64,000 bases of DNA from Candidatus Enterousia sp. (GTDB taxonomy: Bacteria > Pseudomonadota > Alphaproteobacteria > Rs-D84), in contig JBGUTP010000004.1 in assembly GCA_045133095.1 (NCBI GenBank), positions 142,873 through 206,872 on the forward strand, written 5' to 3'. A program made the translations under genes and the position numbers. Positions 46,771 through 56,889 of the stretch are shown here, piece after piece. The stretch's first letter is position 1. The number at the start of each line of letters is the position of its first letter. The notes beneath the pieces were generated by a model. The model did not search any database, was not told the origin of the DNA, and worked only from the letters and a program-made list of their open reading frames with translations.

Positions 46771-47106
46771 CTAGGCAGCCATTGCAACGCCAGAGTGAAC
46801 AGAAACATCTGCGGCATCCATAATCTTTTTTGCTTCGGCAAAAACCATTTCTTTGACACGCAAAGCCAATACTTTTGTTTCCAATGTTTCCGCCGCAATA
46901 TCAAAATTATCTGTGCGAATTTGCAAGGATACATACGCACCAACCAATGATGGACGTGACAAATCTTCGATAGAACGTGGGGCATTGTTTTGACCAATTT
47001 TTAATTCATCAGCCAATGAAATAATATTTCTGTCTTCATTAACCCAAACAGTTGTTGTCAGTACTTGATTTAAAGCAATCATAATTTCTTTGATATTTTT
47101 TGGCAT
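46771..47106 (-). CDS. Hypothetical protein (111 aa)
   Basis: AGGAGG lies 8 nt upstream of the ATG at 47106. The ORF track extends further 5', probably spuriously. No recognisable family. Confidence 0.45.
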   Translation of the reverse strand: MPKNIKEIMIALNQVLTTTVWVNEDRNIISLADELKIGQNNAPRSIEDLSRPSLVGAYVSLQIRTDNFDIAAETLETKVLALRVKEMVFAEAKKIMDAADVSVHSGVAMAA

Positions 47107-47486
47107 GCGCGTTCCCCTCCTTTCTGGGCGTATTTTGTAAAACCACCTTGCGTTTGTTGTAAATACGACGGTATTTACAAAATGCAAAATAATTTTTTTG
47201 TTATCTCTTTTATTTTTCCCAAAAAACCAGTAGTTCCGCGGTTTTCTGGGCTTTTTATTTCCTTTTCCCTTGTCTATACAAACATCTTAGAACAAAAACG
47301 AATCGCAGGTCAAGCACAAAATACATTTATTTTAAATTTATTTTATTTTTTTCATTTTTACTTTACCAAACCATAAAATCCCATAAAAAAACTATAAAAT
47401 GTCATTGACAACCATAAAATCCCGTGCTATCTTCGATTCGAAGCAGGAAAGGGAACCGGAAAAAGCCTCTAAAAGAAAATCATAAT

Positions 47487-47936
47487 ATGTCATTATTTCT
47501 CTCATCTTATGAAAATCGTTTGGATACCAAGGGGCGAATCTCTGTACCGGCCTCTTTCCGGGCTTCGGTCACAGACGAAAAATTCGCAGGCGTTGTGTTA
47601 TATCGTTCATTCACAAACAACTGCATCGAAGGATTGTCTATGTCGCGCATGGAACAAATGGCAGCCGCAACAGATAAAATGGGCGTATTTGACAGCGAAC
47701 TGGATGATTTAAGCGCAATGCTGTTCGCAGATGCGCGACCACTGAGTTTCGACGTAACAGGACGCGTCGTCATTCCAGAAGAATTATTAAAGCATGCCGG
47801 AATCACTGACACCGCCGTATTCGTTGGACGTGGCAACAGTTTTCAGATATGGAACCCAGAGGCATTTCGCGCCGCACAGGAAAAAGCCCTGGAAAATTTG
47901 CGCAAGGCAAGACCTAATCTTAAAATCGGCGAATAA
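47487..47936 (+). CDS. mraZ: Transcriptional regulator MraZ
   Basis: MSLFLSSYENRLDTKGRISVPASFRASV... two MraZ/SpoVT-AbrB half-domains. The Met at 47487 is the likely start. Confidence 0.85.
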   Translation: MSLFLSSYENRLDTKGRISVPASFRASVTDEKFAGVVLYRSFTNNCIEGLSMSRMEQMAAATDKMGVFDSELDDLSAMLFADARPLSFDVTGRVVIPEELLKHAGITDTAVFVGRGNSFQIWNPEAFRAAQEKALENLRKARPNLKIGE

Positions 47937-47962
47937 AAAAAAACAGTTTCTTTCTTGGTCAA

Positions 47963-47987
47963 ACGCCCCACAAGGGCGTTTTTTTAT
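47963..47987 (+). terminator. Rho-independent terminator
   Basis: cgccccacaagggcg followed by TTTTTTT. Confidence 0.7.
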
Positions 47988-48056
47988 TCCCATATAGCAA
48001 GATGCTTTTTTTGTGATATAATAAAATGAATAAAAATATATCAAGGGAGAGAGTCT

Positions 48057-48986
48057 ATGAAAATTTCTATTATTGGAATCGGGTCAGTCGGAGCAGCCGT
48101 CGCAACAGCCGTAAAGAATACAGGACTGGCGCGCGAAATCGTACTGTTCGACAGAAATGGCGTGCGCGCACGTGCCGCGGCAGAAGACCTGGGGCATGCA
48201 GCCGCCTTTTCATACGATGTAAAAATAAGCGCAGTTAATACTTATCGCGCCATTCGTGGCAGTGAAATCGTTATTATCGCAGCCGGCGCAAATCAAAAAC
48301 CAGGCGAAACAAGGACTGATTTACTGAACGCCAATACCGCGGTAATAAACGATATTATTCCGCGAGTTATGGCAAACGTTGATGCAAAAAACGTTAAACT
48401 GATTATTGTTACAAACCCATTAGACGTGATGGTCATGGTGGCACAAAAACTGTCAAAACTGCCCGCGGGGCGCGTCATAGGCACCGGAACAATGTTGGAT
48501 TCTGCCAGACTTAGAACAATACTTGCCAGACAATTGTCGGTTTCAACACAATCTATTAACGCCTATGTTCTGGGCGAACATGGCGACAGCAGTGTCGTCA
48601 ACTGGTCCGCAGCGTGTGTGGGCGGGATTGATTTGAATACTTTTTGCAAGCAGGCAAAAACCACACTGCCGGCAACAACACGCAAGACAATTGAACACCG
48701 CGTCCACAATGCTGCGTACGAAATTATCCAGGGACGTGGCGCAACATGGGATGGCATCGCAGGCGCAGTGGCGGACCTGGTACGCTGTATCGCAAATGAC
48801 GAACGCAGAATCTTGACCGTCAGTACCGTTGACGGGGTTGGCGACAAGGCGGTTGCAATGTCTTTGCCGCGCATTGTTGGCAATGGTGGGGTGGCAACTA
48901 CGCTGATGCCCAAGATGGACAGCGCGGAAGCAGCAGCCCTGAAGAAAAGTGCAAAAATCATTCAAAAAAATTACAAGTCTATCTAA
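48057..48986 (+). CDS. ldh: L-lactate dehydrogenase (LDH/MDH superfamily)
   Basis: IIGIGSVGAAVA Rossmann motif. GANQKPGETR (Gln at the substrate-specificity position, LDH-like). IVTNPLDVM. GEHGDSS. Confidence 0.75.
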   Translation: MKISIIGIGSVGAAVATAVKNTGLAREIVLFDRNGVRARAAAEDLGHAAAFSYDVKISAVNTYRAIRGSEIVIIAAGANQKPGETRTDLLNANTAVINDIIPRVMANVDAKNVKLIIVTNPLDVMVMVAQKLSKLPAGRVIGTGTMLDSARLRTILARQLSVSTQSINAYVLGEHGDSSVVNWSAACVGGIDLNTFCKQAKTTLPATTRKTIEHRVHNAAYEIIQGRGATWDGIAGAVADLVRCIANDERRILTVSTVDGVGDKAVAMSLPRIVGNGGVATTLMPKMDSAEAAALKKSAKIIQKNYKSI

Positions 48987-48993
48987 AAATTTA

Positions 48994-49017
48994 AATCCCG
49001 CAACCGCGGGATTTTTT
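48994..49017 (+). terminator. Rho-independent terminator
   Basis: cccgcaaccgcggg followed by ATTTTTT. Confidence 0.7.
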
Positions 49018-49064
49018 CCCAAGAAAACAGTCGTATTTTATTTAACTGTGTCGTCTGATATATT

Positions 49065-49370
49065 GTGTGTATGACAGATAACATTCAATACTTTGCATCA
49101 GAAGCAGGAAACGGATTTGACGCCCTGTACAACGGACAAAAAATTGGTGAAATAACTTTTGTGCGCGTCGGAATAGACAGACTGATAATAGACTATACCG
49201 GTGTCGCCCCAGAATTTAGAAACCAACATGTCGGACTTAACCTGGTGCGAAACGTCGCAAATATGGCACGCATTCAACACAGACATGTTATAACACTGTG
49301 TCCTTTTGCGCGCGCAATGTTTAATAAATACCCAGAATTTGACGATATCAGACTGATGAATGCGCATTGA
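49065..49370 (+). CDS. Small GNAT-fold N-acetyltransferase-like protein
   Basis: 101 aa with a GNAT motif-A-like FRNQHVGLNLVRNVANMA core. Confidence 0.5.
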   Translation: MCMTDNIQYFASEAGNGFDALYNGQKIGEITFVRVGIDRLIIDYTGVAPEFRNQHVGLNLVRNVANMARIQHRHVITLCPFARAMFNKYPEFDDIRLMNAH

Positions 49371-49441
49371 ATAAATTTAATCATTGCACCAATACATTTA
49401 TTTCATATAATATAACACGGTGTAAAAAGAGAGAAGTATTC

Positions 49442-50824
49442 ATGCAAAAATTATCACGCGAAATTTTAATACTGCTTGTGTTCCTGAACGGATATGTAAG
49501 TTTGTCATTGGAATTAGCAGTACTGAGACAACTGTCTTTCTATGTCGGCAGCAGCGCCGTTATAACAAGTATAATAATGGCGATTTTTTTGGGATTTATG
49601 TCAATGGGGTATTTCCTGGGGGAATCCGGACATATACAAGATAAAAAAACCAGAAACATTTTAAATATAAGTTTTTTGATAATTGCGACCCTGTCCGTAT
49701 GCGCAGCAAGTTTTCCCTTAATCACAAAATACTTTACAATGATGTATGAAGGCGGAATTAAATCTGGGGCAATTCAGACATTCTTGTATTCGTTGATATT
49801 CCTGTCGGCGGGTCCTTTTTTATTCGGATTGAATACAACACTGTTGTCACGTCAATTACATAAGTACAGCGATAAATGCACCGGGAATATTATGGCATGG
49901 GATACAATCGGTTCTGTGTTTGGGTCTATGGCGACAACGCTGTTGCTGATGCCATTTATGGGCGTTAATTACACGGTCGTATTAATTACATTCTTGGCCG
50001 TTGTGTGTGCGTTGATTGCGCATCACAGGTGGTGGACTTGGATTGTATGTGCAATTATCCTGGGGGCATCAATATTTATCAACAGCGATAATTACCAAAG
50101 ACGCAAATTTGGTATTCTGGTAAATAATGCAAATTCTACTATTTCCGTTGAACAGTTTGAAAATGATAAAGTACTGTACATGAATGGATTGCCAATGTCT
50201 GTGTACAACAGTAAAAACAACACTACCGCAGATTATATTGATTATCTGAATAGAAACTTTATCTATACAATGCCAAAGGATAAACAATATAAAATATTGG
50301 TGTTGGGGGCTGGCGGGTTTACGCTGGGGCTGCGCGACAGCAGAAATGACTATGTGTTTGTAGATATAGAACACACATTAAAAGATATCTCAGAAAAGTA
50401 CTTTTTAAATAAAAAATTAACACCAAATAAAAAGTTTGTTGTTGCAGATGCCAGCCAGTTCTTAAAGAACACTGATGAATTTTTCGACTTTATTTTGTTA
50501 GATGTTTATTCAAATTCATATCAGGTTCCCGAAGGACTGATTACCGTAGAATTTATGGAACGATTGAAGAGCAGAGTTGCACCAGGCGGTATCATAACTA
50601 TGAACATGATTGTAATGCCAGAATTTAGCGATAAATATTCACAGGTCTTTGACAATACTTTTCATGCCGTTTTCCCACACAATACAACACGCCAGATTAT
50701 TGGGAATTTTAACCCTTGGCAGAACAAATATGGCGAATCTAATATTATATACATTTACCATAATATCGAAAACGACGGACGGGTTTACACTATAAACAGA
50801 ACACCGGTAATTTACGATAAATAG
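49442..50824 (+). CDS. Polyamine aminopropyltransferase (spermidine-synthase-like) fused to N-terminal multi-TM domain
   Basis: About 230 aa with multiple TM helices, then ILVLGAGGFTLG...FDFILLDVYS...PGGIITMN, a spermidine synthase/MTase fold. Confidence 0.6.
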   Translation: MQKLSREILILLVFLNGYVSLSLELAVLRQLSFYVGSSAVITSIIMAIFLGFMSMGYFLGESGHIQDKKTRNILNISFLIIATLSVCAASFPLITKYFTMMYEGGIKSGAIQTFLYSLIFLSAGPFLFGLNTTLLSRQLHKYSDKCTGNIMAWDTIGSVFGSMATTLLLMPFMGVNYTVVLITFLAVVCALIAHHRWWTWIVCAIILGASIFINSDNYQRRKFGILVNNANSTISVEQFENDKVLYMNGLPMSVYNSKNNTTADYIDYLNRNFIYTMPKDKQYKILVLGAGGFTLGLRDSRNDYVFVDIEHTLKDISEKYFLNKKLTPNKKFVVADASQFLKNTDEFFDFILLDVYSNSYQVPEGLITVEFMERLKSRVAPGGIITMNMIVMPEFSDKYSQVFDNTFHAVFPHNTTRQIIGNFNPWQNKYGESNIIYIYHNIENDGRVYTINRTPVIYDK

Positions 50825-50882
50825 CAGTACACACTTGACAAAATAAAAAACTTGTCTATAATACTTTTATAACAAGGATTTT

Positions 50883-51251
50883 ATGATGTCACAAGAATTA
50901 TTGAACAATGCAAAGACTTTGATAAAAAACACGGTAATCTATACTGCCCTTGGGGCGGCTTTTGTCGTGGGTGGACATTTTATTGCAGAAGGCTTTGTAC
51001 ACAAAGGTATTGAACGAAAATTCAAAACCGAAAATTATTCAATGAAAGCCAGAATCCGAAACGCATACAGTTTTGACATGCCAAAACAAGAACGATTTTA
51101 TATTGCCAATGGTCAACCACGCCAGTACGAAGGAACACCATGCCTGACGTATCCACTTATTGGAACCGGGGCAGGACTTGGATTTGCGTTCGGTGCCGCC
51201 AATGCGTTGGATGCGATTGCAAGACGTCGCAGACAGGTAAAGCAAAAATAA
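50883..51251 (+). CDS. Hypothetical small membrane protein
   Basis: 122 aa with a hydrophobic N-terminus VIYTALGAAFVVGGHFIA. A terminator follows. Confidence 0.4.
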   Translation: MMSQELLNNAKTLIKNTVIYTALGAAFVVGGHFIAEGFVHKGIERKFKTENYSMKARIRNAYSFDMPKQERFYIANGQPRQYEGTPCLTYPLIGTGAGLGFAFGAANALDAIARRRRQVKQK

Positions 51252-51278
51252 AAACGCCCAATTGGGCGTTTTTATTTT
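51249..51278. terminator. Bidirectional hairpin terminator
   Basis: aaaaacgcccaattgggcgttttt between convergent genes. Confidence 0.6.
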
Positions 51279-52339
51279 TCTTCGTGTTGAAGTTCGGCAC
51301 GAACGTCGGTTAAAGCACGCGCACGCTCTTCGATTAATCCATTAAGGTTGGCCTTGGTCAATTCAGCGGCATAACGTATCGAATTAGCAAACGCCAGGGC
51401 ATCACTGTTACCATGTGTTTTGACCGAAAATCCGCGCAACCCCAAGAACGTTGCACCGGCATACGAACGTGGGTCAATTTTATGCTTAAGCCGTTTGAAA
51501 ACATGAACCAAGAAAAACGCACCTATCATCGCCAGGATGGACTTCTTGAAATTTTCAACAACAACGCGTTTGACCAACTTTGCGGTACCTTCGACGGTTT
51601 TAAGCACAATGTTTCCGGTAAAACCATCGGTCACAACGACCTGAACACGACCTGCGCTGATGTCTGTACCTTCGACAAAACCAATATAATCATATGGTAA
51701 TTTGTCCTTGTTTTCTGTCAGGACTTTATTCAGATGAATTAATGTTTCATTACCCTTGGTTTCTTCGGAACCTATGTTCAAAACGCCCAACTTTGGCTTT
51801 GGCATTTTTCCCACAACTTCGGCATAAACACTGCCCAAAATAGCAAAGTCAAACAGTATGGTTTCGTCACACTGAACATTTGCGCCCAGGTCCAAAACAA
51901 CCACACGGCTGTCCCCGGCACCCGATGGCAACATTGTTGTTATCGCAGGACGCGAAATACCGTCTATTGTCTTTAACGCAAGTTTCGACAAGGACATCAA
52001 AATTCCGGTGTTACCCGCACTGATAACCGCGGTGGATTTACCTTCGCGAACATCTTTGATTGCCATGTACATGGACGTATCCTGGGAATGGCGCAGAACA
52101 TCCATAACCTTGTCCGTGGGTTTAATAACATTTGGCGCATGCACAACTTCGCAGTTGCGGGCAACACGCGGATATTTCCCCAGTAATTTACGCAGTTTCT
52201 TTTCATCGCCAAAAACACGAAAGAACACATGTCCTTCGCCATTTTGGTACAAATACTGATTCATGCCACCAAGAACCGCATTAGGCCCTTTGTCGCCACC
52301 CATTGCATCAATAGAGATTATTTTTTTTTCTTCTGACAT
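51272..52339 (-). CDS. plsX: Phosphate acyltransferase PlsX
   Basis: MSEEKKIISIDAMGGDKGP... is the PlsX N-terminus. 355 aa. Confidence 0.9.
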   Translation of the reverse strand: MSEEKKIISIDAMGGDKGPNAVLGGMNQYLYQNGEGHVFFRVFGDEKKLRKLLGKYPRVARNCEVVHAPNVIKPTDKVMDVLRHSQDTSMYMAIKDVREGKSTAVISAGNTGILMSLSKLALKTIDGISRPAITTMLPSGAGDSRVVVLDLGANVQCDETILFDFAILGSVYAEVVGKMPKPKLGVLNIGSEETKGNETLIHLNKVLTENKDKLPYDYIGFVEGTDISAGRVQVVVTDGFTGNIVLKTVEGTAKLVKRVVVENFKKSILAMIGAFFLVHVFKRLKHKIDPRSYAGATFLGLRGFSVKTHGNSDALAFANSIRYAAELTKANLNGLIEERARALTDVRAELQHEEK

Positions 52340-52413
52340 AGTATATAAAAAAGCAGAAAAGGCACAAAGTTATGCGCCCTGCTTCTGCTGTTTATTTGTT
52401 TTATTTGTTTTTA

Positions 52414-52563
52414 TTATTTTGCACCGCATGCAGGACAAACATGATGTGGGCGTTTCTTTTCGCCACATGTTTTGCATACACCGCAAGGCATCACAGACAG
52501 TGCGTCGTGTGAACGGCGTTGTGCGGAACGTGCTTTACTTGTTTTACTTTTTGGCGTTGCCAT
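52414..52563 (-). CDS. rpmF: 50S ribosomal protein L32
   Basis: The reverse complement encodes MATPKSKTSKARSAQRRSHDALSVMPCGVCKTCGEKKRPHHVCPACGAK (49 aa), upstream of plsX. It is below the ORF-track size cutoff. Confidence 0.85.
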   Translation of the reverse strand: MATPKSKTSKARSAQRRSHDALSVMPCGVCKTCGEKKRPHHVCPACGAK

Positions 52564-52691
52564 TTTACTATCCTTTTTATTATGACTGTCCTATTCTATT
52601 CATTTTCTGTGCATTTGCAAGAAAAAGTTTTCTTAGTGGTTGGTGGTTAGCCAGTTGAATTACCCGCACTAACCACCGACCCCAACCACTT

Positions 52692-55600
52692 TTATATATT
52701 CATCAGCTGCTGCTGACCATTGCCTTCGCGTGCCAATTTTTCAGCTTTTTCTTCTTCTTTGGCAATTTCACGAACGCGACGGACGTACGCACCAGTACCA
52801 ATTGGAATCAGACGACCAACAATCAAGTTTTCGTTAATACCAACCAGTTTGTCTGTTGAACCACTGATTGCCGCATCAACTAAGACTTTGGTTGTCTGCT
52901 GGAACGATGCGTTCGAGATAAATGAGCGTGACGTCAACGATGCGCGTGTCAAGCCAACCAGAACCTGAGAAGCTTCGGCGGCCTTTCTGCCATCACGGGC
53001 AACACGGGCATTTTCTTCTTCGAAGTCAACACGGTCCACAACCTGCCCCATCAAGAATCCCGTATCACCAGGATTAGTGATTTCAACACGACGTGTCATT
53101 TCACGAATCAAGATTTCAATATGCTTGTCGTTAATTGTCACGCCCTGCAGGCGGTAAACCTGCTGAATCTTGTCAACCATAAATGTTGCCAATGCCTTTT
53201 GCCCCAATATACGTAAGATATCCTGAGGCACTTCGTCACCGTCAACCAATTTTTCAGCCTTGCGCACAGTATCGCCACTGCGTACCAACAGGTTTGTTCC
53301 CTTTGGCACAGTGTATTCAACACTGGCAGTACCGTCGTCCGGAACAATACGGATAAGAATCTTGGATTTTGCATCTTCTAATTCAACAGTACCATCAATT
53401 TCTGCTAACAGGGCAGGATTCGTTGGACGACGTACTTCCAGCAATTCATTAACGCGTGGCAAACCACCAGTAATGTCGCCTGTACGTTTTGTCTGAACAG
53501 GGATACGTGCCAACACATCACCAGCATGAACCGTGTCGCCATTGGCAACGGTCAAGATAGAATAGATTGGCAGCAAATATTCCGCAACCTTCTTGCCGGC
53601 AACGTTGATAACTTCGCCCTTGTCATCTACTAACTTGATAGATGGGTTCAGTGCTTTCTTTGAATTGGATTTCCAATCGATAACCTTGCGCGAAACGATA
53701 CCTGTCATGGAATCTACTTCTTCCTGATATGACACATTTTCGACCAAGTCATTAAAGGAAACAATACCGTCTTTTTCCGCGATGATTGTATTGGAATATG
53801 GGTCCCATTCTGCAACCTTGGCGCCCTTTTCAACAGTGTCACCATCGTTGACAATCAGCATGGATGCATACGGCAGGTTGCTGCTGAACAATTCTTTGCC
53901 TTCGGCATCAACAATGTTCAATTTAGCATTGCGGCTTAATACAACAACACGTCCAACACTGTTCTTAATTGTGTTAACACCAGACAACTTTACAATACCG
54001 GCAACAGGAACTTCGATAAAGTGACTTTCTGCGCCACCGGCGGCAACACCACCAATGTGGAAAGTACGCAATGTCAACTGAGTACCTGGTTCACCAATAG
54101 ACTGACCCGCGATAACACCAACCGCTTCGCCAACGTGCACCAGCGCATTACGTGACAAGTCCATACCATAACATTTTGCACACAGACCATCGCTGCAGCA
54201 AGTCAGCACACTGCGCACTTTCAATTCTGGCAAGCCAGATTCATTGATAGCCTTGGCAGCAGCCTTGGTAATTAATTCGCCCGCAGGAACAATAATTTCT
54301 TTGGTTGTTGGATGAATAACGTCTTCTGCCGCGGTGCGTCCTAATACAACATCACCCAGCGCAACAGACAATGTCGAACCAGTATAAACAGGTTTCGCAA
54401 CAATATATTCCGTTGTGCCACAGTCGTGTTCGGTGATAACTGTGTTCTGTGCCAATTCAACCAAACGACGTGTCAAGTACCCCGCGTCAGCAGTCTTCAA
54501 AGCCGTGTCCGACATACCTTTACGCGCACCGTGGGTGGATGTAAAGTATTCAGACATGGTCAAGCCTTCTTTAAAGTTCGATACAATTGGAACTTCGATA
54601 ATAGAACCGTCTGGCTTCTGCATCATGCCACGCATACCTGCTAGCTGCTGAATCTGACGTTTGGAACCACGGGCGCCAGATAACGCCATCATATATACAG
54701 AATTCCAATTGTCGCCTTCGCTTTTACCCAGGGCCGCATACGCCATGTCACCCAATTTGTCGGTGGTTTTCTGCCACATATCGACCAATTTGTTATAGCG
54801 TTCACCACCAGAAATCAAACCGTTCTGATATTGGTCTTCGATTTCTTCTGCGATTTTTTCAGATTCTGCAATCAGTGTTTTCTTTTCTTCTGGAATCACG
54901 ATGTCGTCATAACCAATGGAAATACCACTGCGTGCAGCCTGTTCAAAACCAGTATCTTTCAACGCGTCTGCCAACAGAATCATAGCCTTGTCACCGCAAC
55001 GTTCATAAGTTGTCGCCAACAACGCCTTGATTTCTTTTACAGGCATAACTTTGTTTACCAGGTCAAATGGCATCTTGTCAGATTTTGGTAACAATTCACC
55101 CAAAATCATACGACCTGCCGTTGTTTTATATGTTTTGCCGTTGATACGCGCAACAATTGGTGTATGCAATGTGATTGTCTTGTTTTCCAACGCCATTTTC
55201 ACTTCGTCCATGTTCGCAAAACGAGGTGACTTTTCGGTGTGTTCGCCATTAATCAGCGAGATATAGTACACACCCAATACCATGTCTTGGGATGGAACAA
55301 TCATTGGCGCACCGTTCGCAGGCGACAGAACGTTGTTCGAAGACAACATTAATGTGCGTGCTTCTAATTGCGCTTCTAATGAAATTGGAACGTGAACAGA
55401 CATCTGGTCACCGTCAAAGTCAGCATTAAATCCAGAACAGACCAATGGGTGCAGACGGATTGCCTTGCCTTCAATCAAAACTGGTTCAAATGCCAGCAAG
55501 GACAGACGGTGCAACGTTGGCGCACGGTTCAACAAGACCGGATGTTCGTGAATTACACGCTCTAAAATTTCCCAAACGATATCTTCACCGTTTTCAACCA

Positions 55601-56801
55601 TTTTGCGTGCGGTCTTTAACGTATTTGCATGATCGCCCGCCAATAACTGTGCAAAAACGAATGGTTTAAACAATTCCAATGCCATTGTCTTGGGCAAGCC
55701 AACCTGATGCAATTTCAATGTTGGACCAGATACGATAACCGAACGACCAGAATAGTCAACACGCTTACCCAACATGTTCATACGGAAACGACCAGATTTA
55801 CCGCGCAAAGAATCAGACAATGATTTCAATGGGCGACGGTTCTGGGATACCATTGGACGTGCCTTGTGGCCATTGTCGAACAATGAATCAACCGCTTCTT
55901 GCAACATGCGCTTTTCATTACGGATAATGATATCTGGCGCGTGCATGTCCATAAACTTTTTCAAACGATTGTTACGAATGATTACACGACGATATAAATC
56001 GTTCAAGTCAGATGCCGCAACATGTCCCGCATCCAATGTAACCAATGGACGCATATCCGGTGGAATAACTGGAATGATATCAGGTAACATCCATGCAGGT
56101 TCTGTGTCAGAATCCAGGAACGCTTCGACCAATTTTAATTGTTTTACCAGTGCCTTGCGCTTGGTGTCAGAATTTGTTCTTGCCAGTTCTTCACGCAGAC
56201 GTGTGCGTTCGTCGCCCATGTCCAGACTGGAGATAATTGAACGGACACCTTCGGCGCCGATACCTACGTGGAATGCGTCCGCACCAAATTCTTCAACGGC
56301 GGCCTGGTATTCATCTTCGCTGATGACATCATATTGTTTCAGATTGGTCAAACCTGGTTCAATAACAATATAAGCATCATAGGAGATAACCTGCTCTAAT
56401 TTTTTCTGAGGCAGATTGTTCAACAAAGTTGCGATTTTACCTTCGCGCAGGAACCATGTGTGCGCCACAGGCATAGCCAACTTTATATGCCCCATACGTT
56501 CACGACGAACGTCAGAAGAACCAACTTCTACACCACACTTTTCGCAGACAATACCACGATTTTTGATTCTTTTATATTTACCACAGGCGCATTCAAAATC
56601 TTTGACAGGACCAAAAATCTGCTGACAAAACAGACCTTCGGCTTCTGGTTTCATGGAATGATAGTTAATGGTTTCTGGTTTTTTAACTTCGCCATGAGAC
56701 CAAGACAAAATCTCTTCTGGGGATGCAATCGTAATGCGCAAGGCATCAAACTGCTCTTTTGTTTCGATTTGTCCAAATATCTTTTGCAACATTTTGCTCA
56801 T
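52692..56801 (-). CDS. rpoC: DNA-directed RNA polymerase subunit beta'
   Basis: NADFDGDQM catalytic motif and zinc-binding Cys clusters. 1369 aa. Confidence 0.98.
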   Translation of the reverse strand: MSKMLQKIFGQIETKEQFDALRITIASPEEILSWSHGEVKKPETINYHSMKPEAEGLFCQQIFGPVKDFECACGKYKRIKNRGIVCEKCGVEVGSSDVRRERMGHIKLAMPVAHTWFLREGKIATLLNNLPQKKLEQVISYDAYIVIEPGLTNLKQYDVISEDEYQAAVEEFGADAFHVGIGAEGVRSIISSLDMGDERTRLREELARTNSDTKRKALVKQLKLVEAFLDSDTEPAWMLPDIIPVIPPDMRPLVTLDAGHVAASDLNDLYRRVIIRNNRLKKFMDMHAPDIIIRNEKRMLQEAVDSLFDNGHKARPMVSQNRRPLKSLSDSLRGKSGRFRMNMLGKRVDYSGRSVIVSGPTLKLHQVGLPKTMALELFKPFVFAQLLAGDHANTLKTARKMVENGEDIVWEILERVIHEHPVLLNRAPTLHRLSLLAFEPVLIEGKAIRLHPLVCSGFNADFDGDQMSVHVPISLEAQLEARTLMLSSNNVLSPANGAPMIVPSQDMVLGVYYISLINGEHTEKSPRFANMDEVKMALENKTITLHTPIVARINGKTYKTTAGRMILGELLPKSDKMPFDLVNKVMPVKEIKALLATTYERCGDKAMILLADALKDTGFEQAARSGISIGYDDIVIPEEKKTLIAESEKIAEEIEDQYQNGLISGGERYNKLVDMWQKTTDKLGDMAYAALGKSEGDNWNSVYMMALSGARGSKRQIQQLAGMRGMMQKPDGSIIEVPIVSNFKEGLTMSEYFTSTHGARKGMSDTALKTADAGYLTRRLVELAQNTVITEHDCGTTEYIVAKPVYTGSTLSVALGDVVLGRTAAEDVIHPTTKEIIVPAGELITKAAAKAINESGLPELKVRSVLTCCSDGLCAKCYGMDLSRNALVHVGEAVGVIAGQSIGEPGTQLTLRTFHIGGVAAGGAESHFIEVPVAGIVKLSGVNTIKNSVGRVVVLSRNAKLNIVDAEGKELFSSNLPYASMLIVNDGDTVEKGAKVAEWDPYSNTIIAEKDGIVSFNDLVENVSYQEEVDSMTGIVSRKVIDWKSNSKKALNPSIKLVDDKGEVINVAGKKVAEYLLPIYSILTVANGDTVHAGDVLARIPVQTKRTGDITGGLPRVNELLEVRRPTNPALLAEIDGTVELEDAKSKILIRIVPDDGTASVEYTVPKGTNLLVRSGDTVRKAEKLVDGDEVPQDILRILGQKALATFMVDKIQQVYRLQGVTINDKHIEILIREMTRRVEITNPGDTGFLMGQVVDRVDFEEENARVARDGRKAAEASQVLVGLTRASLTSRSFISNASFQQTTKVLVDAAISGSTDKLVGINENLIVGRLIPIGTGAYVRRVREIAKEEEKAEKLAREGNGQQQLMNI

Positions 56802-56889
56802 TATATTTTGCTCCTTATAAAATAGTTTTTAGTTGTTAGTGGCTAGTGGTTAGGGTGTGGGCAGAAAATACCCACACCAAATCTAACAA

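Noticed and set aside
52263-52658. 131-aa plus-strand ORF upstream of plsX
   Set aside because: It overlaps the bona fide rpmF (L32) gene on the opposite strand and has no recognisable features.
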